Positions 26,396-37,981 of a DNA stretch of 64,000 nt are shown piece by piece. The position numbers and the translations under genes were made by a program. Position 1 is the stretch's first letter. Each line of letters starts with the position of its first letter. The stretch covers positions 248,250,001-248,314,000 of the forward strand of contig NC_086097.1 of the NCBI RefSeq assembly GCF_963921235.1, written 5' to 3'. This stretch comes from Mobula hypostoma (Eukaryota). The notes beneath the pieces were generated by a model. That model was given only the letters and a program-made list of their open reading frames with translations. It did no database searches and was not told where the DNA came from.

Positions 26396-26545
26396 ACACA
26401 CATCAAATTTGCTGGTGACTGATGAAGGGTCTCAGCCCGAAACGTCGACTGCACCTCTTCCTAGAGATGCTGCTTGGCCTGCTGCGTTCACCAGCAACTT
26501 TGATGTGTGCTGCTTGAACTTCCAGCATCTGCAGAATTCCCTGTT
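26396..26545 (+). mobile_element. Short Penelope-derived insertion with inverted 5' stub
   Basis: acacacatcaaatttgctggtga (26396-26418) is the near reverse complement of tcaccagcaactttgatgtgtg (about 26488-26509); lies between CR1 ORF1 and ORF2. Confidence 0.75.
26419..26450 (+). ncRNA. Minimal hammerhead ribozyme core (Penelope-type); the 5' strand of stem I is missing
   Basis: CTGATGA (26419-25), A, GGGT-CTCA-GCCC stem II, GAAAC (26439-43), GTC cleavage triplet (26444-46), GACT. Confidence 0.7.
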
Positions 26546-27524
26546 GACTGCAACTAAGTCCCATCACCTGCCTGCCCTTCCTGACAGTCTGACTGCACGC
26601 TATCTTTACTTTTTTACCATCCGTCCTTTCCTGAGTGCATTCACTCCGGTTTTCACCCTCCTGCCAAATTAGTTTAAACCCTCCCCAACAGCTCTAACAA
26701 ACCTGCCCATGAGAATATTGATCCCCCTCGGGTTCAGGTGCAACCCATCACTTTTGAACAGGTCATACCTCCTCCAGAAGAGGTCCCAATGATCCAGAAA
26801 CCTGAAGCCCTGCCCTCTGCACCAGCTTGTATTATTTATTTATTTTATTTCGAGATACAGCACAGTAACATAAGAACATAAGAAATAGGAGCAGGAGTAA
26901 CCATCTGGCCCATCGATCCTGCTCCGCTATTCAATAAGATCATGGCTGATCTGGCCATGGACTCATCTCCACCTACCTGCCTTTTCTCCATAATCCTTAA
27001 TTCCCCTACTATGCAAAAATCTATCCAACCTTGTCTTAAATTTACTTACTGACAGGTCCTTCCACCCAATGAGCACATGTCGTCCAATTACACCCATGTG
27101 ACCAATTAACCTACTAACCTATATGTCTTTGGAATGAGGGAGGAAACCCACAGAGTCACGGGAGAATGTAGAAACTCCTTAGGGACAGTAGCAGGAATTG
27201 AACCTGGGTCACTGGCACTGTAATAGTGCCATGCTAACCATTACATTACGATTGTGCCTGGACTGTAGGAGAATGAGGGGAGATTTGATTGAGGTATGCA
27301 AAATTATGAGGGGTGTAAATAGGGTAAATGCACAGGTTTTTTCCACTGAGGTTGGGTGAAACTAGAACTAGAGGTCATGGGTTAAGGGTGAAAGGTGAAA
27401 TGTTTAAGGGGAACCTGAGAGGGAATTTTTCCACTCAAACCCCATGTTTCAACAGCGAAGAGAGGATAATATTGTTGTATTATATATTTGTGGTTTTTAG
27501 ATGTTGCTTTTGCTTTTTTTCCAG

Positions 27525-27579
27525 GCTGAAGGCTGTCGATTACAGAGGGAACTACGTGGCTACCTAACTGCAGTGAAAG
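27525..27579 (+). CDS. AMPH: Amphiphysin exon 3: AEGCRLQRELRGYLTAVK(G)
   Basis: Polypyrimidine tract plus ccag acceptor; donor gttatc; 55 nt, phase 0-1; RLQRELRGYL is AMPH-like rather than BIN1-like. Confidence 0.93.
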
Positions 27580-29164
27580 GTTATCATATCATTTGATATT
27601 CTCTCATTTTGATTTGTGTGATATACATGAAACATTAAGCATAGAACTTTACAGCACATTACAGGCTCTTTGGCCCACAATGTATGGTGACCTTTTAAAC
27701 TACTCCAAGATCAGTCCAACCCTTGCCTGAAACAAATAAAGACTTTGAATAGTTAGCTTTATTTGTCACACGTACATCAAAACATATAGTGAAATGTGTC
27801 ATTGGCATCAAATTAAATCAGTGAGGATTGTGCTGGTCAGCCTGCAAGTGTTGCCAGGCTTCTGGCGCCAACATAGTATACCCACAACTTACTAGAATGG
27901 AACAGACCAGAACTTTATTGTCATTGCTTAAGACAATGAGGTTGTGCTGCTACTCCAGTCAATGCAAAACTGATATTTACAATGCAGGCAGTATTCCCAT
28001 ATTTACAAGCAACTAGTGACTTTGATAGCCCATAGTACTCAAAGGCTAGTGACTTTGGACCATGGGAGGCAACCAGAGCACTCTGAGAAAACCCATGTGG
28101 TCATGGGGAGAACGTACAAACTCCGTACAGGTTTTGGGGGCAGCTAAGGTTACTAGCACTTTGTAGGAACTAAAGATGTTTTCAAGAAAACAAAAACTTA
28201 ATGTCACTAGTTAGGACATTGATTTCCTCCTGATGAGAAATATCATGTTGTTTGTGAACCGTTCAGGTCAGTAAATTACCCCAAAACTGCATTATTAGAC
28301 CCCTAAACTGTTTCTCTCCAACTACTCGTTCATTATGTACCATGTCATGACATAGGTGATCATGGCCTTTCCATGATCATGATTGTTCTTGGCAAATTTT
28401 GTTCTAATCTTCTTCAGGGCAATGTCTTCGCAAGACAGGTGACTCCAGCCATTATCAATACTCTTCAGAGATTGTCTGCCTGCAGTCAGTGGTCACATAA
28501 CCAGGACTTGTGATATGCACTGGCTCCTCTCACAACCATCCACCACTTGCTCCTGTGGTTTCATGTGACCCTGATCAGGAGCTAAAGAGGTGCTACACTT
28601 GCCCAGGCTGGTGCCTTACACCTCCTTTGGTAGAGATGCCTCTCCACTCCAGTACCCTCTCTAACTATGGTGTATTGATATTCTAAAGGGCGAATAAATG
28701 ATTATTTAGATCTGTTAACTGATTAATGTTTAGGACACTGAATATTCTTTTCTCAGAACAGATATAATTAATGAGAATGTCCTTTTCCTGTAATCAGCCC
28801 ATCTGTTAAAATATAAGCAATTTATATGAGTCCTGTAAAGGGTCTCAGCCTAAACCATCAATTCTTTCGATAGATGCTGCCTGACCTGCTGAGTTCCTCC
28901 AGCATTTTGTGTATGTTGCTCTGAATTTCCAGCATTTGAAAAATCTCTCATGTTTATAATTTATACAAATAGGTGGAACTGCCCAACTGGGGGATATTTT
29001 CACTGTGTTACGTAACATGCCCACCAATGATAGTGTTGTTAAATCATCTTTAAAAAGACAGTAATTGGTGGATCAAAAGAAATACTTGGTCCATCCAACA
29101 CAACTTCAAGCATCCTGATAGCTGAATGTGACGGAGTTATTGATTTTCCAAAGCAATGGAACCA

Positions 29165-29656
29165 GAAAATCTACATTGCTTCCTCAACACAACCTGCCCT
29201 CTACCTATCTTCACATCATCCACAAACATGACCTCAAAGCCATCAATTTCATCATCTAATCATTGACATATAGCATAAAAAGTGGTTCCAACACAGACCC
29301 CTCTAGAACACCCCTAGTCACCGGTAGCCAACCAGAAAAGGCTCCCTTTATTCCCACTCTTTTCCTCCTACTAGTAAGCCAATCTTCTGTCCATGCTAGT
29401 ATCTTTCCAATAATATCATGGACTCTTATCTTGGTTAGCAGTCTCATGTGCAACAGCTTGTACAAGTAAACAAAATACATCAACTCTCCATCGCCTATCC
29501 TGTCTGTTATTTTTTCAAAGGAGCCCAACAGATTTGTCAGGCAAGATTTCCCCTTAAGGAAACAATGCTGACTTCGGCCTATTTTATCATGTGCCTCCAA
29601 GTACCCTTAATAATGTACGCCAGCATCTTCCCAACCACTGAAGTCAGGCTAACTGA
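29165..29656 (-). mobile_element. CR1 RT fragment
   Basis: Minus ORF QHCFLKGKSCLTNLL...LFMLYVND. Confidence 0.85.
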
Positions 29657-30464
29657 CCCCCATCACCCAGGCTCTACCCTCTTCTCATTGTTACCATCAG
29701 GGAGGAGGTACAGGAGTCTGAAGACACACACTCAGCGATTCAGGAACAGCTTCTTCCCCTCTGCCATCCAATTCCTGAATGGACATTGAACCCATGAACA
29801 CTACTTTTTTATGGTTTTGCACTAAATTATTTAATTTAACTTTCTAAAATATATATATATACTTCTTTTGGGTGGGCTGGATGGAGATCTGTCTCCACCA
29901 AAGGAGGTGTAAGGTGCTCCTTACCTCCGTTGGCCTGCAGGTCACCCTTGGGCAAGGTGTAGCACCTGCCTAGCACCTCCCCACCCCCCGAACAAAGTCA
30001 CATGAAGCCATGGGAGCAGGTGGTGGATGGTCGTACGAGCAGCCGGTGCAGATCATAAGTCCTGGTTATGTGACCGCTGACACCGGGCAGACAATCTCTG
30101 AAGGGTATTGATAATGGCTGGGGTCACCGGTCTTGTAAAGACACTGCCCAGAAGAAGATGATGGCAAACCACTTATGTAGAAACATCTACCAAGAACAAT
30201 CATGGTCATGATTGCCCACATCAAATGACACAGCACAGAATGAACGAACTTACTGTAAGCTACAGGCTTTTTATTGCTATGTATTACAATGTACTGCTGC
30301 CACTGAACAAAAAATTTCATCACATATGCTAGTGTTATTAAACCTAATTCTATTCTGATTCCTTCTGTTTGTTAAACCCTGATTTTATTTTAACCATTTT
30401 CTGTGTTTTGTTTTAACTTCTTCGGAACGCTGGGTAAATATGCTGAACTGCTTGTTTTCCACAG

Positions 30465-30559
30465 GAATGCAGGAAGCTTCTACAAAGCTGACAGAGTCAC
30501 TGCATGATGTTTATGAGCCTGAGTGGTATGGTCGGGATGATATTAAAACCTTAGGCCAG
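30465..30559 (+). CDS. AMPH: Amphiphysin exon 4: (G)MQEASTKLTESLHDVYEPEWYGRDDIKTLGQ
   Basis: ttttccacag acceptor, gtaagg donor; 95 nt, phase 1-0; continues the frame from exon 3. Confidence 0.95.
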
Positions 30560-31754
30560 GTAAGGCTAAGCCCAGCTGGGATGAACCAATGTCTCTCCAT
30601 TAAAAGCACGTTACTTTTGCTTCTTCGCGTTGTCACGTATACGCGGAGGAAGAGCAACAATGGAGCAGTGTGATTATGTGTTTTTACTGAGTCACGTTAG
30701 ACACAGTACACACTGGACAACTTATAGTGCAGGAGCCGGCTGAGACGGGAGAGTGCACTCGAAAGCCCTCGCAAAAAAAGATTGCATTCCACCTGTAAGC
30801 CCGATCAATTCTCCGGGCAATCAATCAGCTGCAAGGGCACTGCCACATCCCCCTCGATTGATCTGATACGGTTCACCTCACAATGGGTTTTTATACACAA
30901 CGTTGGCTAGGCATGGTTTGTGGTAAGGAATTTGATCAAATAACAGCTCTCGCTGAACACTCACTACCCAAGTTGGTTTGAGACACTTTGACCTTTATTT
31001 CCTGGAACGTAGGAGAACGAGAGGAGACTTGACTGAATTATGAGGGGTAGAGATAGGGTAAGTGTGAGCAGGCTTTTTCTGCTGAGGTTGGGTGAGGCTA
31101 CTAGAGGTCATAGGTTATGGGTGAAAGGTGAAATGTTTCAGGGGAACATGAGGGGGAGATTCTTCACTCAGAGAGCGGTGAGGGTGTGGACCAAGCTGCC
31201 AGCGGTTCGATTGCAACATTTCAGAGAAATTTGGGGAAGTACATGGTGGGGGGGTGGGGAAGGGGTGTGGAGGACTATGGTCCACGTGCAGGTTGATGGG
31301 ACAAGGTATAATGATGGTTTAGTACAGACTAGATGGGCCGAAGGGCCTGTTTTTGTTCTGCAGTTCTCTATGACTCTATGATCTGAGAGAATGCTACAAA
31401 CATGCAAGTATTTTTCTCATCTCACTGCCGAACCTCACCTCTAGCCAACCTCCCTGAGGCAATGGAAATAATCTTTCATGCGGGTAGGAAACTGTTCAAC
31501 CTTTGGCAAGTACACTACAGAGCCAAGGTCATCCAGAGCTCAGTGATGAGCTGCTTCCATTTGCGCCTGCTGAAAGACATACTGCGGAGATTCATCATTT
31601 CACTCACTGCCGCACTGAGAGAGCGATCCTTACACATAATGAGACCAAGGTCCTCCAGCAACCTGTCCTCTGTCAGCTCAATACCATCCTCCAATAATCA
31701 CCGTTCTCCACAAGGCTCTGAAACATGTGAACTCTTTTCCAGGGTGTTATAGAA

Positions 31755-32484
31755 CGGTAGTCCCCAACCTTCTTTGCACCGCGGACCGGTTTAATATTGA
31801 CAATATTCTTGCAGACCGGCCGACCCGAGGTTGGGGAGCTGGTGGTGTTCAAGTAGGGTTAAACTCACCTCAACATGTCTTCTACAGTTAGGGTTGCCAA
31901 CTTTCTCACTCCCAAATAAGGGACAAAAGTAGCAGTCAAATCCCAGGACACTTTACCCCAGGAAAGACTACCATGACCATGAAGCCTTGTGCGGGCACCT
32001 GTGTGCGCATACACGTACCTGCCGATTTTTCTACCCACTAATCGGCTTTGCCTTCATCTTCCCGACTACTCTGTACATACATTATTTCTACTTTATATAG
32101 GCTGTGTATTTATCATATCATTCCTGCTTTTACTATATGTTAGTGTTATTTATTTTTGGTTTTAGGTGTTATTTGGTATGGTTATTTTTTGGATCTGGGA
32201 ACGCTCACAAATTTTCCCCATATAAATAAATGGTAATTGCTTCTTTGCTTTACTCCATTTCGGCATGAAAGGTTTCATAGGAATGCTCTACCTTGGCAGG
32301 GAAATACGGGACAAACCAATTTAGCCCAGTATACGGGATGTCCCGGCTAATACGGGACAGTTGACAACCCTATGTTCAAGTTCAACAGTGCGTGACAGGG
32401 AATGAGGAAAGGTGCAGCTGACTCATATCATTTCCTCCCGGCCCAGTAGCACATGCTTTGCGGCCCGGTGGTTGGGGACTGCTG
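31755..32484. mobile_element. hAT (Charlie-like) non-autonomous element with perfect 8-bp TSD, containing a nested hAT MITE
   Basis: TIRs cggtagtccccaacc / ggttggggactgctg; TSD ttatagaa at 31747-31754 and 32485-32492. Confidence 0.85.
31854..32372. mobile_element. Nested hAT-Ac-type MITE (TAGGGTT...AACCCTA)
   Basis: 8-bp TSD tgttcaag at 31846-31853 and 32373-32380; subterminal tacgggac repeats; the full TIR tagggttgccaact is at 31889. Confidence 0.8.
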
Positions 32485-32939
32485 TTATAGAACACAACAG
32501 CACAGGAACAGGCCCCTTGGCCCATCTAGTCCCTGCAGATCTATTAATCTGCACCCGGACCATAGCCCACCATACCACTCCCAACTCCGACTGAAGTTTC
32601 CCTTAAATTTTGCAATTGAACCACTCCCGGTGGCAGCTTGGTCCACACTCTCACCACCCTCTGAGTGAGTGAGCTCCCCCTCATGTTTTCACTTCCCCCT
32701 CACATTCATTATGGGCGGCTGCATGCTGAAGCTCACGATGCAATTGGGTACGAGCCGATTAACAAAGCGTTACAGTGGAAGAGTGGTCTTAATCCTGAGT
32801 TTTCAGCACACTATATGTCGAACATTGCTGACATGGCAAGAGTTATTGTACGGAGGTTAGTGGTGTTTGGAATGGCAGCGTCAGAATTATTGTCCAATGC
32901 TGATGGTCTTTGGGAGGTTAACATCAGAACTATGTTAGC

Positions 32940-34333
32940 CTAACGTCGGTGGTGGGGAAACTGCTGGAGTCAGTCATCAAGGATGTGATAACAGCACATT
33001 TGGAAAGTGGTGAAATGATCGGACAAAGTCAGCATGGATTTGTGAAAGGAAAATCATGTCTGACGAATCTCATAGAATTTTTTGAGGATGTAACTAGTAG
33101 AGTGGATAGGGGAGAACCAGTGGATGTGGTATATTTGGATTTTCAAAAGGCTTTTGACAAGGTCCCACACAGGAGATTAGTGTGCAAAATTAAAGCACAC
33201 GGTATTGGGGGTAAGGTATTGGTGTGGGTGGAGAATTGGTTAGCAGACAGGAAGCAAAGAGTGGGAATAAACGGGACCTTTTCAGAATGGCAGGCGGTGA
33301 CTAGTGGGGTACTGCAAGGCTCAGTGCTGGGACCCCAGTTGTTTACAATATATATTAATGACTTGGATGAGGGAATTAAATGCAGCATCTCCAAGTTTGC
33401 GGATGACACGAAGCTGGGTGGCAGTGTTAGCAGTGAGGAGGATGCTAAGAGGATGCAGGGTGACTTGGATAGGTTGGGTGAGTGGGCAAATTCATGGCAG
33501 ATGCAATTTAATGTGGATAATTGTGAAGTTATCCACTTTGGTGGCAAAAATAGGAAAACAGATTATTATCTGAATGGTGGCCAATTAGGAAAAGGGGAGG
33601 TGCAACGAGACCTGGGTGTCATTATACACCAGTCATTGAAAGTGGGCATGCAGGTACAGCAGGTGGTGAAAAAGGCGAATGGTATGCTGGCATTTATAGC
33701 GAGAGGATTCGAGTACAGGAGCAGGGACGTGCTACTGCAGTTGTACAAGGCCTTGGTGAGACCACACCTGGAGTATTGTGTGCAGTTTTGGTCCCCTAAT
33801 CTGAGGAAAGACATCTTTGCCATAGAGGGAGTACAAAGAAGGTTCACCAGATTGATTCCTGGGATGGCGGGACTTTCATATGAAGAAAGACTGGATGAAT
33901 TGGGCTTGTACTCGTTGGAATTTAGAAGATTGAGGGGGGATCTGATTGAAACATATAAGATCCTAAAAGGATTGGACAGGCTAGATGCAGGAAGATTGTT
34001 CCCGATGTTGGGGAAGTCCAGAATGAGGGGTCACAGTTTGAGGATAGAGGGGAAGCCTTTTAGGACCGAGATTAGGAAAAACTTCTTCACACAGAGAGTG
34101 GTGAATCTGTGGAATTCTCTGCCACAGGAAACAGTTGAGGCCAGTTTATTGGCTATATTTAAGAGGGAGTTAGATATGGCCCTTGTGGCTACGGGGGTCA
34201 GGGGTTATGGAGGGAAGGCTGGGGCGGGGTTCTGAGTTGGATGATCAGCCATGATCATAATAAATGGCGATGCAGGCTCGAAGAGCCGAATGGCCTACTC
34301 CTGCACCTATTTTCTATGTTTCTATGTTTCTAT
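32940..34333 (+). mobile_element. Young 5'-truncated CR1 with an uninterrupted 428-codon RT/C-terminal frame
   Basis: ORF 32949-34235 has no stops (DFQKAFD, YINDLD, FADDTK); (TTTCTATG)n tail. Confidence 0.95.
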
Positions 34334-34478
34334 AAGACAGTGGTGTTTGAGAAAGAAGCATCAGAATTATTGTTGGAAGTTAGGTTTCCTTAGGAAGATA
34401 GCATCAGAATTATTGTCCAAAATTCAGTGGTCCTTGGGCAGACAACATCAGTATTATTGTCCAAAGTTGTTAGTCCTT

Positions 34479-34784
34479 AAAGGCATCCGTTCGTCTTGCA
34501 AGACCATGGATCTGCACCTGGAAAGTCTTCACTCTCCAGGGCGCAGGCCTGGGCAAGGTTGTGTGGAAGACCAGCAGTTGCCCAAGCTGCAAGTCTCCTC
34601 TCTCCACGACACCAATGTTTTCAAGGGAAGGGCATTAGGATCCATACAGCTTGTCGTTGCAGAGCAATGTGTGATTAAGTGCCTTGCTCAAGGACACAAC
34701 ATGTTCCCTCGGCTGGAGCTCGAACTCACGACCTTCAGGTCGCTAGTCCAGTGCCTTAACCACTTGGCCACGTGCCCACACCTA
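34479..34784 (-). mobile_element. tRNA-derived SINE with 11-bp TSD
   Basis: Minus strand: gtggccaagtggttaagg (A box), gagttcgagctc (B box), gtgtccttgagcaaggcacttaa core; TSD tgttagtcctt at 34468-34478 and 34785-34795. Confidence 0.85.
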
Positions 34785-35086
34785 TGTTAGTCCTTGGGAC
34801 TGGAAACATCAGTATTATTGTCCAATGTTGGTGATCCTTGGGAAGATAGTATCAGAATTATTGTACGAATGTTGCTGTCCTTGGGACAATAGCATCAGGC
34901 TTATTGTCCCTATTTGTTAGTGCTTGGAAAGATAGCGTTAGAATTATTGTCTACAGTTGTTGGTCTTTGGGACCAACACTCTCACCACCATAAAATAGGC
35001 ATCAGACCTATTGTCAAATGTTTCTGACCTTTGGGAAGATAGCATCAGAATTATTGTTTAAATTTTAGATTTATTTTTTTTAGATT

Positions 35087-35345
35087 TTGCCGAGTGCCTT
35101 CGACCTCTCCCTGGCCGCTGAAACAAGCAAAGCCGAGAATTTCGGGGCCTTCCGCTCCAGAGATTCCGGTTACCACACAGTAGCAGTGACAGCAAAGCGA
35201 GCATTTCAGAAGTTTTCCAGATGTTCCTCCATACTCTCACATCCGTCTCCATCCAATCAGGATTGTGCACGGTCCCCTACTTGACAGATATTCATCACCG
35301 GAGAGGCTGCGCGCGCTGCCGTCGCGCCACCATCTTCTCCTCCTC
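35087..35345 (-). mobile_element. Partial copy of the non-autonomous GC-rich retroelement seen at 48220-48840
   Basis: Alignable gcatttcagaagtt...atgttcctc...gccaccatcttctcctcctc. Confidence 0.7.
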
Positions 35346-37139
35346 CTGAGATCCTTTGGTGGTCCTTTGGAATATTTTATCAGTATTGGTTTCCAAAAGT
35401 CAGTAATTCTTCAGTAGATAGCATCAGAAATATTGTCCGATTTTGGTGATCCCTAGGAAGGAAGCACCCGAATTATTGTCCACATTTGGTGGTCCTTGGA
35501 AGATGGTATCAGAATTATTGTCTAAATTTGGTTGACTTTGGGAAGATAGCATCACAATCAGGCTCATTATTACTGATATATGTTCTGAAACTTACTGCTT
35601 TTGGGACAGCAGTACAGTGCAAGACACAAGAATTACTACAACCTACAAAAATAGTAAGTAGTGAAACAGGTGAATAGCAAAGTAGTGTTCACAGGTTCAT
35701 GGACCGTTTGAAAACTTGATGGTAGAGGTGAAGAAGCTGTTGTTAAGACTTTGATGTTGCTCTTAAGGCTTGAGGATGGTGAGGTACCAGTGAATGGTGT
35801 TCTTCAGAAGCTGAAGGGCAAGTAGGGGTTATCCCTGCTCATTGAGTACTGAGGTTACGTAGCCAGCAAGGAAAGGAAAGAGTCACAGATTTCACCTATT
35901 GTCTCTGTCTTTGTGTTTTGGGAAGAAAGTTCAGGATGTGAAGTCCTAGAGATCACCATTCCTTACTCTTATGCTGGCAAATGGGGGTGTAATGTTGTCC
36001 TGTCATACAGACCCAAATGTCCAGCCTGTATCCCCGTCATTCCGTGTGTTAAAGCAACTGTAAATTAATAACAGCCAGCTGCTGATGCCTTCCTGTGTTA
36101 AGATTAATTACCACAATTTTTATGCATACACTGTTTGTGTATCTGTGTGAACAATATGCATGACACAGCTTCTCCCTATACTTCCGTACATGTGAGAATC
36201 AGAGTCAAGTTTATTATCACTGACCTAAAGTTCAAAGTTCAAAAATCAATAATCAGCTCCTTGGTCTTGAAGACACTGGGTAAGAGAGTTTTGTTATTGC
36301 ACCACTCGGCCAGATTTCCAATCTCCCTCCTACATGCTGATCCGTCACTACCTTTGGTTCGGCCAAGAACAGCGCTGTCATCAGTGAACTTCTGTATGAT
36401 GTTGAAGCTGTACTTAGCCACACAGTCAAACGTGTGAAGCGAGTTGAGCAGGGGACTAAGCACATAGCCTGTGGGGAACCTGTGCCAATGGCGGCCATGA
36501 AGGACATGTTGTTGCCAATGCAACCTGATTAGGGTGTGTGAATGAGGAAATCGAGGATCCAATTGCAAAAGGAGGTATTGTGGCCAAGATCTTGGAGCTT
36601 ATTGATTAGCTTTGAGAGGAATTTGTTGTTTTCTGGCAATGGGTATCATTTACTTAGCCACTTGTCTCTAAGTTAGTTCTTATCTTCCTGAGTTCCACCA
36701 CCCAGCACATGTCACCTTCTCATTGCTGTCAGGGAGGGGAACAGGAGCCTGACGACCCACACTCAACATTTTCGGAATAGCTTCTTCTCCATCAGATTGC
36801 TGAACAGACTATGAATCTGTGACTACTACCTCATCATTTTTCCTCTCTTTATGTTCAAAGTTCAAAGTAAATATATTGACAAAGTACATGTGTGTCTCCA
36901 TACACAACCCTGAGATTCATTTTCCTGCAGGCATATTCAATAAATCCGTAACAGAGTAATAACCAGAATAGAATGAATGCAAGACTGCACCAACTTGGTG
37001 TTCAACCAGTGCTCAAAAGACAACAAACTGTGTAACTACAAAAAGAAAGAAACAATAATAATAAATAAATAAACAATAAATATCAAAAAAAAATTAAATG
37101 AAGAGTCCTTGAAAGTGAGTCCATTGTTTATGAGAAAAG

Positions 37140-37660
37140 TTCAGTGATGGAGCAAGTGAAGTTGAGTGAAGTTATCTCCTTTGGTTCAAGAGTTTGATGG
37201 TTGAGGGGGTAATAACTGTTCCTGAACCTGGTGGTGTGAGTCCTGAGGCTCCTGTACCTTCTTCCAGATGGTTGAGGGGTAATAACTGTTCCTGAACCTG
37301 GTGGTGTGAGTCCTGAGGCTCCTGTACCTCCTTCCTGATGGTAGCAGTTGGGGGTCCCTGATGACGGATGCTGCTTTCCTGTGTCAGCACTTCGTGTAGA
37401 TGTGCTCAATGATTGGGAGGACCTTATCATGATGGACTGGGTTATATTCAGTACTTTTTGTAGGAATTTCCATTCAAGGGCATTGGTGTTTCCATACCAG
37501 GCCACGATGCAGCCAAGCAATGTACTTTCCACCACACATCTATAGAAATTTCTCAAATCTTTAGATGTCATGCCAAATCTTCACAAACTCTGAAGGAAGT
37601 AGAGCTGCTGCTGTGCTTTCTTCATAATTCCACTTACATGCTGGGCCCAGAACAGGACCT
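37140..37660 (-). mobile_element. Rex1/Babar-like LINE 3' fragment with internal tandem duplication (37196-37336)
   Basis: Minus ORF NFYRCVVESTLLGCIVAWYGN...TTRFRNSYYP; a 71/70-bp direct repeat is visible. Confidence 0.8.
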
Positions 37661-37864
37661 CCTACTTATTTATTTTTAATATATATTTCTTATTGTAATT
37701 TATAGTGTATTTTATATATTGTACTCCACTGCTGCTGCAAAACAACACATTTTATATCATATGTCAGTGATAATATATCTGTTTCTGATTCTCACATCTG
37801 GATCTTGATGCAATTTATATTGTTGTCATTATAAATTCTCAGGAGTTCTTTCATTACTTCTCAG

Positions 37865-37960
37865 AATTCTGATTCACTGTGGGCAGACTTCCACCAGAAG
37901 CTGGTTGACCAGGCTTTGTTAACGCTGGACACGTACTTGGGGCAGTTTCCTGATATTAAG
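37865..37960 (+). CDS. AMPH: Amphiphysin exon 5: [32 protein letters not shown]
   Basis: ttctcag acceptor, gtaagg donor; 96 nt, phase 0-0; conserved [11 protein letters not shown]. Confidence 0.95.
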
Positions 37961-37981
37961 GTAAGGTCTGATTGCAATGAC

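Larger units (their letters stand above)
23855..26830 (-). mobile_element. Long CR1 remnant (end of ORF1, ORF2 EN and RT, deletion-joined 3' tail)
   Basis: AITESWL, YRPPNS, SDHNM, HGFLQGKSCLTNL; ORF1 esterase end at about 26680-26825. Confidence 0.9.
32830..35555. repeat. Degenerate 43-bp minisatellite (approximately AGCATCAGAATTATTGTCCAATGTTGGTGGTCCTTGGGAAGAT) interrupted by three insertions
   Basis: Unit starts at 34357 and 34400 give a period of 43; similar units at about 32877-32935, 34340-34478, 34785-35058 and 35355-35555. Confidence 0.85.

Noticed and set aside
30440..30673. 77-aa stand-alone ORF
   Set aside because: Read-through of AMPH exon 4 into flanking intron sequence.
32830..35555. 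CRISPR-like array
   Set aside because: Eukaryotic context; the units are contiguous and degenerate with no unique spacers, and there are no cas genes.
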